A stretch of DNA of 51,967 nt from a virus (Duplodnaviria > Caudoviricetes): positions 1-51,967 of IMG/VR virus record IMGVR_UViG_3300044798_000130; one strand, given 5' to 3'. Shown here piece after piece: positions 18,450 to 27,816 of the stretch. The translations under genes and the position numbers were made by a program. The notes under the pieces were generated by a model. That model was given only the letters and a program-made list of their open reading frames with translations, did not search any database and was not told where the DNA came from. How positions within the stretch are numbered: the stretch's first letter is position 1; every line of letters starts with the position of its first letter.

Positions 18450-18488
18450 GGGATAAGTATTTATGCTTATACTACCTCTAGTAGTAAT
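18450..18488 (+). promoter_or_regulatory. TATA promoter with palindrome TACTAC-N5-GTAGTA; leaderless start
   Basis: TATTTATG 18458..18465, palindrome 18470..18486, ATG at 18489. Confidence 0.55.
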
Positions 18489-18728
18489 ATGCAATATGAC
18501 TACGAATTGAGCCCAAGAATCGTCTTCGACAACGCGAACATCGAGAGAGAATCTTGGAAAGGAGAAGGCCATGTGATCCTGGCCATAGACACCGGTGCTA
18601 AGAGCGCTAAGTGGTCCTGGTATCGGGATGATGATTTCAGCCTAAACGAGTACGATCAGCCGATTGCTTATGAGGCCGCCATGCAGATCATCCTTTCGAC
18701 GTTCGCCCGCGCGCAGAGGGATAACTAA
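18489..18728 (+). CDS. Hypothetical protein (antisense cassette within the late region)
   Basis: Has its own promoter; TAATG coupling to the next gene. Confidence 0.6.
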   Translation: MQYDYELSPRIVFDNANIERESWKGEGHVILAIDTGAKSAKWSWYRDDDFSLNEYDQPIAYEAAMQIILSTFARAQRDN

Positions 18729-19024
18729 TGATCCCTCACCACACATGTATCTGGTGCGGCAAAGAGTGGCCGATCATCGTAGAGCGGCCTATCAAGTGCC
18801 CAGGATGCCAGAAGAAGAACTGGAAGGCGCTAGATATCGTAACCGATATGACAGAACGCGATCTCGCGGCTCTGGTAGAATATGGACAGGCCCACAATTA
18901 TCCTTGCGTCCTATCGCCCGCCTGGGATAAGGATAATGTCAAGGATCTCCGAGAGGACATCATGACATCGATCTCCGATGGGTGGGAATGGGGAAGCCTG
19001 ATAAGAGACTTCCTACAGGAATAG
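18728..19024 (+). CDS. Zn-ribbon protein
   Basis: CIWCGKEWP...PIKCPGCQKKNW; same pattern as 34462..34602. Confidence 0.65.
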   Translation: MIPHHTCIWCGKEWPIIVERPIKCPGCQKKNWKALDIVTDMTERDLAALVEYGQAHNYPCVLSPAWDKDNVKDLREDIMTSISDGWEWGSLIRDFLQE

Positions 19025-19309
19025 GCCAGTCTTGGCCCGGTAGTCGCTTTCCAGAGCATTTATCTTTTTCTGATATTCTTTCTTCTGAGATCTTAGCGCC
19101 GCCCTTTGCTCAGAGGTCGCGGTGTCAGATCTCTGTGCGGTTTCATATAACTTATCTATGGTCGCGATATTCTCTTTGTATGCTTGCTTTTGCTGTTGGG
19201 CCGCAACCCGGAACACCTCGCCCGGTTGCTGATTATCCGGCAGCGAATCGCCACCTCCGCCACCACCTTTCCGGCCACCGTTGCCGCCGCCCCCAGCATT
19301 GCCGCCCAT
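19013..19309 (-). CDS. Gly-rich N-terminus protein
   Basis: MGGNAGGGG start, a type often found after DUF4417 genes. Confidence 0.55.
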   Translation of the reverse strand: MGGNAGGGGNGGRKGGGGGGDSLPDNQQPGEVFRVAAQQQKQAYKENIATIDKLYETAQRSDTATSEQRAALRSQKKEYQKKINALESDYRAKTGLFL

Positions 19310-19310
19310 C

Positions 19311-20078
19311 TTAACACCAATCCTCTAATGTAGCTATTCGTCTAGGTCGGATTTGTTGTACTTGCATTTCAGAATGCAGCGGTTCAATTGTAACCTTCTT
19401 CTCCAAGGCAGCAATTCTCTTTTGCTTCTTAGATCTGTCTCTGGCTGACCAATCCTCGCCACAATAGATCAACCCCGCTCTTTGGCAATATCGCTCCACG
19501 TCTTTGTTGTGGGCGAAGACAGCAAACTTGATCATATCGGTGCCTGCTCGCTCCCTGGCAAGTTCTACTTGATGAGCTAATAGATCTAAATCATAATATT
19601 TCTGATAATGGGTTGCATAGGATAGCCAACCATGACCGACTCCTAAGAGGTTCATATCCTCCCATCGCTCGGCCACATTCATATCTACCCAGCATCTCAT
19701 GTGGCCCATTTGCTGGAATAGGCAGGAGAGCTGACGTTTCTTGAAGATTTGCCACAATGCCCTGGCATAAGGCTGTGAATTTGAAGTACTGAAATTGACC
19801 TCAATAAACGAGGGTGCTCCAGAAGTCCAAACTTTCTCTGGCCTTTCCCACAACTTCCAGAATGCAGCGCCGTGTTCAACCGCATTCCCTAATCCATTGA
19901 AGCGATTGTCATCCACCCAGAAGGTTACAGTTCTGCCCTTCATATCAGAGGTCCGGGCAACAGATCCCCATTGGCGCGGGTAATCCAGAACATCGCCTTG
20001 GAGGGACATGTCTAGATCGGGAATGCCTTCGCTATTGGAGCTGGAAAATACGGCATCCGGACAATCTGACATAATCAC
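19311..20078 (-). CDS. DUF4417-like protein
   Basis: VTFWVDDNRF, VNFST, ALWQIFKKR motifs; upstream of terminase. Confidence 0.6.
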   Translation of the reverse strand: MIMSDCPDAVFSSSNSEGIPDLDMSLQGDVLDYPRQWGSVARTSDMKGRTVTFWVDDNRFNGLGNAVEHGAAFWKLWERPEKVWTSGAPSFIEVNFSTSNSQPYARALWQIFKKRQLSCLFQQMGHMRCWVDMNVAERWEDMNLLGVGHGWLSYATHYQKYYDLDLLAHQVELARERAGTDMIKFAVFAHNKDVERYCQRAGLIYCGEDWSARDRSKKQKRIAALEKKVTIEPLHSEMQVQQIRPRRIATLEDWC

Positions 20079-20236
20079 CTAAATAATAAGGAAATCCGGG
20101 ACCGTCTCACTCAGCCCCTGGAAAGGATAGGTTTCTAGATACTTAGGTTCACCGCTAAGCCGTAACTAGGAAGGACACTTTCAAGGCTTATCCAGGCCTT
20201 ATAACGGGTGGGGACGGGGCACATTCGCGCGAATCC

Positions 20237-20539
20237 CTAACAGGCTTTCCCATACTCTAGATATCGTACCATTTGGGCGTATCCTGACGTCCCCTCGTGA
20301 ATAATCGCATGGGCTGCCGATTGTCCCCTTATTTCCATCGTCTGTGATGGATACCATGGTTTCGGTGGATTGCGTAGGCAGCCATTGTTAAGCATGGCCT
20401 CGACCGTCTTGCAGATCGACGGCCTCTTGAATTTCGGCATCATGAAAGCCCGACCGCTCCTATTCGCCTTATGTAACTGCCTTATCGTCCGTCTCAAGGC
20501 GGGGAGGTTGCAGAACTTTCGGAGCGTCTTACCGGGCAT
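20237..20539 (-). CDS. Basic hypothetical protein
   Basis: Likely start MPGKTLRK just downstream of the structured RNA. Confidence 0.4.
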   Translation of the reverse strand: MPGKTLRKFCNLPALRRTIRQLHKANRSGRAFMMPKFKRPSICKTVEAMLNNGCLRNPPKPWYPSQTMEIRGQSAAHAIIHEGTSGYAQMVRYLEYGKAC

Positions 20540-20545
20540 AATAAA

Positions 20546-20641
20546 TGTAACGTTGGCCGAGCGGTTGAACCGCGAAATTTCGTGGGCTGGCAGTACCAAA
20601 CCCGCCACTCGAACGCCTTATCAGGGCCGACCAACATGACA
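20546..20641 (-). ncRNA. Candidate multi-branched (cloverleaf-like) small RNA
   Basis: Closing stem TGTCATGTTGGTCG/CGGCCAACGTTACA with three hairpins; BRE-TATA about 24 nt upstream; T-rich run downstream. Confidence 0.5.
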
Positions 20642-20854
20642 GGCGACATATGCAGCCTATCTATTTAGCATTTTCGCTACTTATTATAACATGCCTAATA
20701 ATTTATTCAGATTAAAGAAATGCCGATGGTTAGTGGCTGCCTCATGTGGCCTGCATGGACCGTGTCCGTCTTCGGGAAAATCGCGTAAAGGTGGTTGCAG
20801 TTCGGCTAGGTTATCGTCTTCTGATTGCATGAGAAGCCTCGCGAAAATAGATAA

Positions 20855-21355
20855 CTATTCTTTATATAGACACTCATGTTTAAATTTTTCAAAATTTTTC
20901 TTTTTGCTTCGTTTCGATATCATGCTAATGGGTATCGGGTTCGCGGACTCGTTGATGACGTTATCTTTCTTGGCTATAATTGCTTTCAACAACGCGATCT
21001 CATCACGGAGCGTTTTAATTTCTTTTGATGCAATTTCTTCCGATCTAAGGAAAAAGTCTTCAAAATGATTATCAATAACAGGATAACAATTTATCCTGGT
21101 TATCATGGCTTTGGTTACGTCGAACCATTCTCCGTGTTTTCGATCTTTCTTGAAAAGATCATGAAAATAACGTTCAAGTTTTCCAGGATCATCGGATTCA
21201 ATGTATCCCATGAACATTAAAGCAACAGGCGAACCGGTCTGAATTGCCCTCAACCGACCATCAAGACGTGTCGTGCATCCTATCTTCATATGAGGATTTG
21301 CAATGCGATAATTTGGGTCTTTGCATGCCACAAAATAAACGTATCCAGTTACCAT
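20855..21355 (-). CDS. GIY-YIG endonuclease (T5orf172/MUG113-like)
   Basis: GYVYFV, KIGCT, RL.AIQTGSP, LE..FH..F...R.HGEWF. Confidence 0.88.
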   Translation of the reverse strand: MVTGYVYFVACKDPNYRIANPHMKIGCTTRLDGRLRAIQTGSPVALMFMGYIESDDPGKLERYFHDLFKKDRKHGEWFDVTKAMITRINCYPVIDNHFEDFFLRSEEIASKEIKTLRDEIALLKAIIAKKDNVINESANPIPISMISKRSKKKNFEKFKHECLYKE

Positions 21356-21444
21356 CTTTAGCACCTCTTGGTCGTGCTCTTGGAAGATTATAAGAGGCAG
21401 AAGAGTCCAAGATGTTCTCTCTTTTCGGGGATCGGCCTAGCCTC
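21353..21444 (-). promoter_or_regulatory. Structured cis-regulatory RNA element (CCGAAAAG motif), copy B
   Basis: Stem GAGGC/GCCTC; TAGGCC..CCCGAAAAG; loop TCTTGG complementary to two downstream CCAAGA, the second overlapping the GAGGTG RBS. Confidence 0.55.
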
Positions 21445-21528
21445 ATAGATAACTTATATAATTTTACTAGGCAAGCATGTAAGCGAGCATGCATCAGCCT
21501 ACGTTTATATCAATGCAGTTAATACTAT

Positions 21529-21867
21529 TTAAAGCTTTTTGCTAGTTAATGCTCTCCGAAAGTTGCCCATCTCGCGGTCCTTTGTTTTTGGACTCATCTT
21601 TTCGCCCTCAGGATTACCATCATTTTGGACCACCGAACATGCCCGACAAACCTTTAGCCCGTTGTCGCTATTGTAAACCGTTCCGGTCTTCCCACATGCC
21701 CGGCACATCGATTTATCAAATTTTACATCTATGACATCCCCATATTTGTCTTCCACCTCTCCGAAATCCCCATCGGCACGTTGCCCAAACGGATTCTCGC
21801 CTGTATTCCTGGCAGGTCTTGAGCCCAGGAAGGCGGCTTTTGGTATCATTTCTGGCAATCTATGCAC
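21529..21867 (-). CDS. TFB/TFIIB-type Zn-ribbon protein
   Basis: CRACGKTGTVYNSDNGLKVCRACSVV resembles the TFIIB ribbon spacing. Confidence 0.55.
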   Translation of the reverse strand: MHRLPEMIPKAAFLGSRPARNTGENPFGQRADGDFGEVEDKYGDVIDVKFDKSMCRACGKTGTVYNSDNGLKVCRACSVVQNDGNPEGEKMSPKTKDREMGNFRRALTSKKL

Positions 21868-22141
21868 CTCTTAGGTAATAATATGTAGCTGCCACTATAA
21901 AGCAAATTGCATATACCAATAACCAGAACTTGGTCCGCTCGATGGAATATCGTTTTAATCCAATCTCCTTATATCGTTTAACCGACGGTGCTATCTGCAT
22001 TCTCCTCCATCCATTTCTGTAACCTATCCCAACCATGCCCCTTGTGCCATACCACGGATTCGCGTACCACCTCAGGCAAACCAAGTCGTCGTCTTCATCA
22101 TCTACAACACCGCGCATATTACGCGAAAGGATTACCTTCAT
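21860..22141 (-). CDS. Hypothetical protein with C-terminal TM; N-terminus resembles an HNH-associated remnant
   Basis: MKVILSRNMRGVVDDEDDDLV..LRW; FWLLVYAICFIVAA. Confidence 0.45.
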   Translation of the reverse strand: MKVILSRNMRGVVDDEDDDLVCLRWYANPWYGTRGMVGIGYRNGWRRMQIAPSVKRYKEIGLKRYSIERTKFWLLVYAICFIVAATYYYLRGA

Positions 22142-22263
22142 TCTTTACCCTCTTTCACATATCGATCCACTGTATCATCTATTGTGAATATCCCGTTCTT
22201 TTTCTGAAAATTATCTAAAATTTCCCGCGCCTCTTCGGATATTAACACATTGACTCGTTTCAT
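22138..22263 (-). CDS. Small RHH-like regulator (41 aa, not in ORF track)
   Basis: MKRVNVLISEEAREILDNFQKKNGIFTIDDTVDRYVKEGKE; palindrome AAGTATGA-N7-TCATACTT at 22276..22298. Confidence 0.6.
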   Translation of the reverse strand: MKRVNVLISEEAREILDNFQKKNGIFTIDDTVDRYVKEGKE

Positions 22264-22286
22264 AATAATAAGTATAAGTATGATTA

Positions 22287-22601
22287 CTACTCATACTTTT
22301 CGGTATCATTGGGTTTCCACCATTCCTTGAAATGCTGCCACGTGGTATCCAACCCGATCTTATAGCATTCTTCCGGTTGCAGATTAAGATCCAACGCGAG
22401 CATCTCCAATTGCAAAATCATTTGTCCTATATCGATTTTGATATCTGCCATATATAGGTTAGCATCTCTTGGAATTCTTCTCGCTTTTGATATTCTGTTA
22501 GCGATTCCTCCAAGCTCATGCAGCAGAATTAATGTCCGGGTTTCAGGTGTCTGGCCGTCTTTCTCGATCGAATGCAGAAAACGAGGGGTAGGTTCGATCA
22601 C
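22287..22601 (-). CDS. MazG-like all-alpha protein (divergent)
   Basis: LLHELGGIA...KIDIG...LEMLALDLNL pattern; acidic metal-binding motif degenerate. Confidence 0.4.
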   Translation of the reverse strand: MIEPTPRFLHSIEKDGQTPETRTLILLHELGGIANRISKARRIPRDANLYMADIKIDIGQMILQLEMLALDLNLQPEECYKIGLDTTWQHFKEWWKPNDTEKYE

Positions 22602-23513
22602 TTATTAGCCTCTTGCCATTTTGCCAATTTCGCCAGCTCCTCGGTGAGATCTATTGTATCGCGGGGGGCATATATATATCCGCGTTCCCGGATGAGACGT
22701 TTGCTAGATGGCCTCAGGCGAATCATGTTTCCTCCCTGGGCACTGCCACCACACACCATGGATAGACCAACTCATCCGGATCTATGCCCTCTATCGCCGC
22801 TACTTTTCGTAGCATATCGGCGGTACGTTCTGGTAATATAAATTTACCGGCCATCATCCATCACCGTTATCCTGTTTAGATGCATGATCGTCGTTTCTCG
22901 TTGCTTGATGACGATTTGTAGCCTATCGATCTCATTGGCTTGTGCTTCGATTGTGGCAACGAGTTCGGATTTCTTCATGTAGATCTCCCTAACGCCATCC
23001 CCATTACTATTCCGACCCCATAAACGAAAAACGTCCATGCGACCAATAGCAAATCATTCTTTTCGGAAACGCTCATCGCCAATATCCTCCTCAATATCCC
23101 ATAATCCAATTCAATCCACTAAATATCCAATGAACCAAGGGTTCAAAGGCCCAAGGCAGATGGATGGTTGCATTGATCACCTGAAAATGGATCGCCATGT
23201 CTTCTGGGCGAATCCAAGGGGCTGCTATTAGGTCGGTTACATTCATTTGAAGACCCACCACCACGCCCAAAACCCTAAGCCAAACGTCGATCCAATAACG
23301 AATAAGTCTAGCACTGATCCGAGCCTATCCAAAGTCGTTTTGCCTAATAAATCGCTTATTATCATTTCCAGTTCCCCCGTTTCGCGTGCCGTTGGACAGC
23401 TTCTGCTTTCCATGCTATGCGATCTGCCTTCTTCTTCTGGTAGAATACCTTCGCTGCATGTGAATAATCCGCTTGGGAAAAGTCGGACTCTGTGAAATAA
23501 TCGCGGCATTCTG

Positions 23514-24308
23514 TCATGCATGCCTCTTGTATATCATTCTGATCATAGGATTCACCTGAGCACATCTCTTCGGCCCCATGCCCGGCAGCTCTTCCAGGGG
23601 CTTAGCATAATCGCCCCTAGGCACCAGGCCAATCTGATATTCTTTCAGAATCGTTTGCCAGGTTTCCGGCCCGATTCCTTTGGTCAGGCAACACGCCGCA
23701 CAAAGTTCGCGCTCTCCTTCTGCCGGCCTTGGGCGATAGTCCATCATATCAGCATCGGTTAGAACCTTGTGAGCACATGAAAGCAATCTTTGGTATGGGT
23801 CTAATTGCCACCTCATGACAGGGACACCAGATGCAAACGATTTGGCTTCAAAATCGAATAGCCGTTTCTTGTAGCTTTCCATTTCATATTTCAGCTCATC
23901 TCCATGATATTGGGTCTTAAGAATCTGGAATATGGCATCAGCGACTTGATTATCCCCCCCGAGAACCACAATTATGGCTTTGTGCCCGGCTTCGGACATG
24001 GCCAAATGCTGTAAAAATAAGTGACCGTCACGACCAAGGGCGGAAATGACATAATCTTTGACTTCCTTCAACTCAGCCAAAAACTTCTTAACATTCTTCA
24101 GAAATGCCTGCCCTCCAATCGAATCCTCCACACACTCAGTCGAATGTAATTCGAAGCATACATCAACCACGTTATCGGCATTTACTTCCAGGGGGGCAAA
24201 TCGCGGGTCTTCCATAATGGCGCATGCTAACGATTTGGCGCGCGTCCCCTCACCAGCCGCTATGAAAGATTTGATTTTGTTCATACCAGCCACCTCAGCC
24301 ACGGCCAT
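23514..24308 (-). CDS. ERCC4/XPF-like nuclease with HhH tails
   Basis: ELKEVKDYVISALGRDGHLFLQ; KGIGPET and LPGMGPKR hairpins. Confidence 0.7.
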   Translation of the reverse strand: MAVAEVAGMNKIKSFIAAGEGTRAKSLACAIMEDPRFAPLEVNADNVVDVCFELHSTECVEDSIGGQAFLKNVKKFLAELKEVKDYVISALGRDGHLFLQHLAMSEAGHKAIIVVLGGDNQVADAIFQILKTQYHGDELKYEMESYKKRLFDFEAKSFASGVPVMRWQLDPYQRLLSCAHKVLTDADMMDYRPRPAEGERELCAACCLTKGIGPETWQTILKEYQIGLVPRGDYAKPLEELPGMGPKRCAQVNPMIRMIYKRHA

Positions 24309-24408
24309 CTCTTAAACATATAGCCACCCAATTCTATCATCTTCTCCTGGATGCTATTAGGCATTAGTAGAGCGAATTGCAAAAAAGGATCTATTCGATT
24401 ACCTTGCA

Positions 24409-24657
24409 TTATTCCTCCCACCTCGGACTATCCTCAAAATACCCACATTCACACAGATATGTCGATCCATTGGGGTGTTTTTGGATGGCGATCTTATCCG
24501 AGAAACATCTAGCACATCGCCTATTAGCGGTCATGTCATCGTATAGATCTTCCAGGGCTTCAAATATTGTATCCCCAAACCCGATCGCAGTCTCTTCGGG
24601 CATGGAGCCTATGCATGCGCATATTTGGTCCCCATCTGGGTATATATCTATTTTCAT
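24409..24657 (-). CDS. Small Zn-finger protein
   Basis: DGDQICA..G...GFGDT..EAL, then CARC/CECG. Confidence 0.55.
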   Translation of the reverse strand: MKIDIYPDGDQICACIGSMPEETAIGFGDTIFEALEDLYDDMTANRRCARCFSDKIAIQKHPNGSTYLCECGYFEDSPRWEE

Positions 24658-24964
24658 CCTTCTGTCACCTCTATAGGTTCGCTGCCTTCTGGTTTGTCGT
24701 AATCCGATGGCCTATACTGCTTATTGGGTTCCTGTTTTCTGCGATCTTTGCGGCGCAAAGGTGCATAGGGGGCAGTCATTTTAGACCGCCACAAGTTCCT
24801 TGATAGCTTTGGCTGCAATGATTGACAAGATTGTGGTTATATCTGCCTCCAATTGCATCATTTCATCATGAAGTTCGCTTTTACGTTCCGCCTTACCTTG
24901 CAGTATCCGATCAAGTTCGTCTAGAGACATTTTCAGTTCTGGCATTGCGATAAGCTGCATGTCC

Positions 24965-25903
24965 TCATCCCTCCCTTATGCTATCCAGCAACCGTTCGCA
25001 CCATTCCAACGCTTCTGCGGGGCAGCACGTTTCTGGATGCATTATGTAGACTTTGTTCCTTCCGATCGCGATGGTGATGTGGATCTGGTCGGTGTTTGGC
25101 TGGCAATCTTCCTCATCGCATGTGCCTTTCTGCGATTTATATACTTCCGGCCCTTCGCCTCGCTGATATTTTTCCAGTGGGTCTAGCCGCAATTGCAATC
25201 CCTTGATATCGATTGCTTGGAATTCTTGCCGTTTCTCGATAGCAGATAGCCGCCCCTCGATCGCGGGCATGCCAAGTCCTTTTCGGACCTTGTCTAGCGA
25301 CTCTTGGCATTCTTGGATCTTGTAGCCTATGGTACCGGTATGCATGAAAACCTCTTTCGAGGTGAGCTTCCGCAGGCGCTTGGCGTGATACCAGCCAAAA
25401 TTCTTTCCAGTACAGTCGTTCGCTCCTTCGAACTCGCCCGATAGTGTTTTGTGTGATATTCGGAACAAACCGCCAATATCATGATTTCCACCTGTTCTGG
25501 TAGGGCCGACGATCTCAACCCAGTCACCAATTTTCAACTCCGGTCTAAGATGCTCTTCGACCTCGCCAGGAGAGAGCTTTCGCAGGTCGGCTTTATACCA
25601 ATAATCCTGATGCTTTGCGCCGTAATAACCATATCCTAAAATATGGGACTTGATATCAGTTATCTGGAATATTTCATGATAACTGTCACAAATACCAGGC
25701 AGAACCTCCACCCAGTCACCTATCTTCAACTCTTCTTTCACCAATCGCAGGCTACTGGCTGGATACCATAGGCCGCCGACCCGAAAATTCCCACGTTCTG
25801 ATATTTCGGTGATTTCGCCCTCTTCACCAACGCACATGCACAACTCACCGAACGCGGGCCCGGTGATTAGCACCTTGCTGCCCATGGAAAGAGGAGGGGT
25901 CAT
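24965..25903 (-). CDS. Tandem SH3/KOW-like repeat protein
   Basis: Three units (G[S/D][K/W]V.I ... WY.A..LR[K/L]); ELKIGDWVE occurs twice. Confidence 0.65.
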   Translation of the reverse strand: MTPPLSMGSKVLITGPAFGELCMCVGEEGEITEISERGNFRVGGLWYPASSLRLVKEELKIGDWVEVLPGICDSYHEIFQITDIKSHILGYGYYGAKHQDYWYKADLRKLSPGEVEEHLRPELKIGDWVEIVGPTRTGGNHDIGGLFRISHKTLSGEFEGANDCTGKNFGWYHAKRLRKLTSKEVFMHTGTIGYKIQECQESLDKVRKGLGMPAIEGRLSAIEKRQEFQAIDIKGLQLRLDPLEKYQRGEGPEVYKSQKGTCDEEDCQPNTDQIHITIAIGRNKVYIMHPETCCPAEALEWCERLLDSIREG

Positions 25904-26766
25904 TGGGACGCAACCTCCTTTTCAGGATCTATCTCAGCCACCCCGGCTTGTGCCATCTCGGACGAGTCATACATCCCCCCCAGGTTTGCCGGGAATCCCT
26001 CTCTCAACGCTTGCACGATCGCCACCTTTCTCACCATTGTCCCTGGCATCTTCTTCCATTGGGCCTTGTCGGTGTTGTATTCGGCCATCACAACCTCTGC
26101 CCGGATTGGTATCTTGCGGTCTTTGCGGTGGACTTCTGCCCATCCGCCCAGGAGCGTTTCTTCTGATGGCAGATAGAACGTGCCTTCCCTGCGAACCAAT
26201 TCCCCGCCGTCTTTGGGCCGCACAATGATCCCTGCTCGGAATCCGTCGAACTGTGGATGGGCCTCAGCCTTCTCTGTAAAATATTCCTTTCCAGCTATGA
26301 AAGAGACATTACGTTCTCCTTTGTCATTAACATAGACCACTAAATAGACCTGTTTGGTCATCGGGTCCGCGCCTTTGCGCTTGCAGAACTCACAGAAAAG
26401 ATAGGCTTCCTGCTCAGTTGCTTTTGGGTTGATGTAATCTATAATGTCCCTGGGTGTTAGGATGCCATTAGATTGCACCGGAGAGCCGTTAACGGGCTTT
26501 CTTGGCACAGATGGCATAATCGTCTTATTCTCTGGCAATCTGCCCGCCTTGGGTTTTACAGGCAATTCGTCACCGCGAATTGCTGCTTCCAATGCCGCCA
26601 CATAACTTGTTACTTTGCTGATTACCCGGCCATCGGCTTTGACCTCTGCATGGCCGAAGGAGCCTTTGAAAATTATGTGCTCGTCGGTATGTTCTGAAAT
26701 TTCCCATTCATCGTCGATAGCGGGCAGTTGTAAAACCCGCTCAAATATCACGTTATCACTTGCCAT
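25900..26766 (-). CDS. bet: Phage ssDNA-annealing recombinase (Bet/RecT family)
   Basis: DPMTKQVYLV, AEAHPQFDG, GGWAEVHRKD, WKKMPGTMVRKVAIVQALREGFP. Confidence 0.9.
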   Translation of the reverse strand: MASDNVIFERVLQLPAIDDEWEISEHTDEHIIFKGSFGHAEVKADGRVISKVTSYVAALEAAIRGDELPVKPKAGRLPENKTIMPSVPRKPVNGSPVQSNGILTPRDIIDYINPKATEQEAYLFCEFCKRKGADPMTKQVYLVVYVNDKGERNVSFIAGKEYFTEKAEAHPQFDGFRAGIIVRPKDGGELVRREGTFYLPSEETLLGGWAEVHRKDRKIPIRAEVVMAEYNTDKAQWKKMPGTMVRKVAIVQALREGFPANLGGMYDSSEMAQAGVAEIDPEKEVASQ

Positions 26767-26770
26767 TTGC

Positions 26771-27439
26771 TCATTCCTCCCTCTCTGCTATGATCTTCGC
26801 CAATACCGATGGCGATATCTGGACGTAGATCTTTATCACCTCGCCCAATGGCTTGCGATCGCCATAGTCTCCCGCGCTATTGACAGGCGGCTTGCTATCT
26901 GCCAGGGCTTCTTTTTGCAGCTTGTAAAGCTCCTCACGCCAATATGCAGCATTTCTGTTTTCTTGGCAAGCATCCGCCTTCCACGCATCGCGCCCCATTG
27001 TTATTATGCGGATGTCTTCTTTCTGTTCTTTGATCATATCACCTGCCAGGTTTAACTTGCCTTGCAACTTCTGGCAGGATTCGCATTCATCCACAGACAC
27101 GAGATCGAGCGATGCACGGGGCCATGTGAATCTGCTGCCATCCAAGTGGGCAGAACCATCGGACGAGTTGATTCTGTTAACGGCGTATGTTTTTCCGATG
27201 GCGTCCGTCATCTCGCCGACCCATCCCAACGGACCTGTCACTTTTCGGGCTACCCGGACCTTATCACCCACCCGAAATGCATCCGGGACAATGGGCTCTA
27301 TATCTCTCGCCCTCCCAAGAAGATGGTTCCCGTGCTCATCAACGGCACACACCGAACCGGCCTGGTCAATTCTGTCTATGCGGCATACACGACCGTCGAC
27401 GCATACGCACATATCGATTCTGCAATCTTTGATATCCAT
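26771..27439 (-). CDS. SH3/KOW-like domains plus coiled coil, hypothetical
   Basis: FRVGDKVRV...GWVGEM...IGK; C-terminal coiled coil. Confidence 0.55.
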   Translation of the reverse strand: MDIKDCRIDMCVCVDGRVCRIDRIDQAGSVCAVDEHGNHLLGRARDIEPIVPDAFRVGDKVRVARKVTGPLGWVGEMTDAIGKTYAVNRINSSDGSAHLDGSRFTWPRASLDLVSVDECESCQKLQGKLNLAGDMIKEQKEDIRIITMGRDAWKADACQENRNAAYWREELYKLQKEALADSKPPVNSAGDYGDRKPLGEVIKIYVQISPSVLAKIIAEREE

Positions 27440-27613
27440 TCAATCCACCTTCGTCTGCAAATTACAAACATTATACTCATTCAATTGTATCATTCTTGCA
27501 TCTATCGCATCCCGGACCAATGCCGAGAAAACTATTTCAGGATGATTATTCAGAAACTCATCCTGCTCTTTATTGATCCGGGCCGTTCTACTATAAGATT
27601 CGTATTTGCCCAT
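27440..27613 (-). CDS. Small RHH-like regulator (57 aa, not in ORF track)
   Basis: RTARINKEQDEFL....IVFSALVRDAIDA; TATA at 27635..27642 and palindrome TAGTA-N7-TACTA at 27621..27637. Confidence 0.65.
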   Translation of the reverse strand: MGKYESYSRTARINKEQDEFLNNHPEIVFSALVRDAIDARMIQLNEYNVCNLQTKVD

Positions 27614-27816
27614 GCTTAAGTAGTATTCGTATTACTATTTATAGTTATCTATTGCAAAAAATAAAGACACTTTCCAGCACGCATCGACCTCTCAACAATG
27701 CATGCCAGAATAAGATGAGTCGATCCACCGGCATAGCCGCGTTTCCGTCCGCTATGATTCCAGGCTACGTGACTTCGTGTTTGCCACCCGGTCTTTTTTT
27801 CTTGCCTGCCGACTCA

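Noticed and set aside
20546-20641. Hammerhead ribozyme (CTGATAA...GAAA) or true tRNA-Ile
   Set aside because: Core differs from CUGANGA, the required stems cannot be built, and arm order does not fit a tRNA
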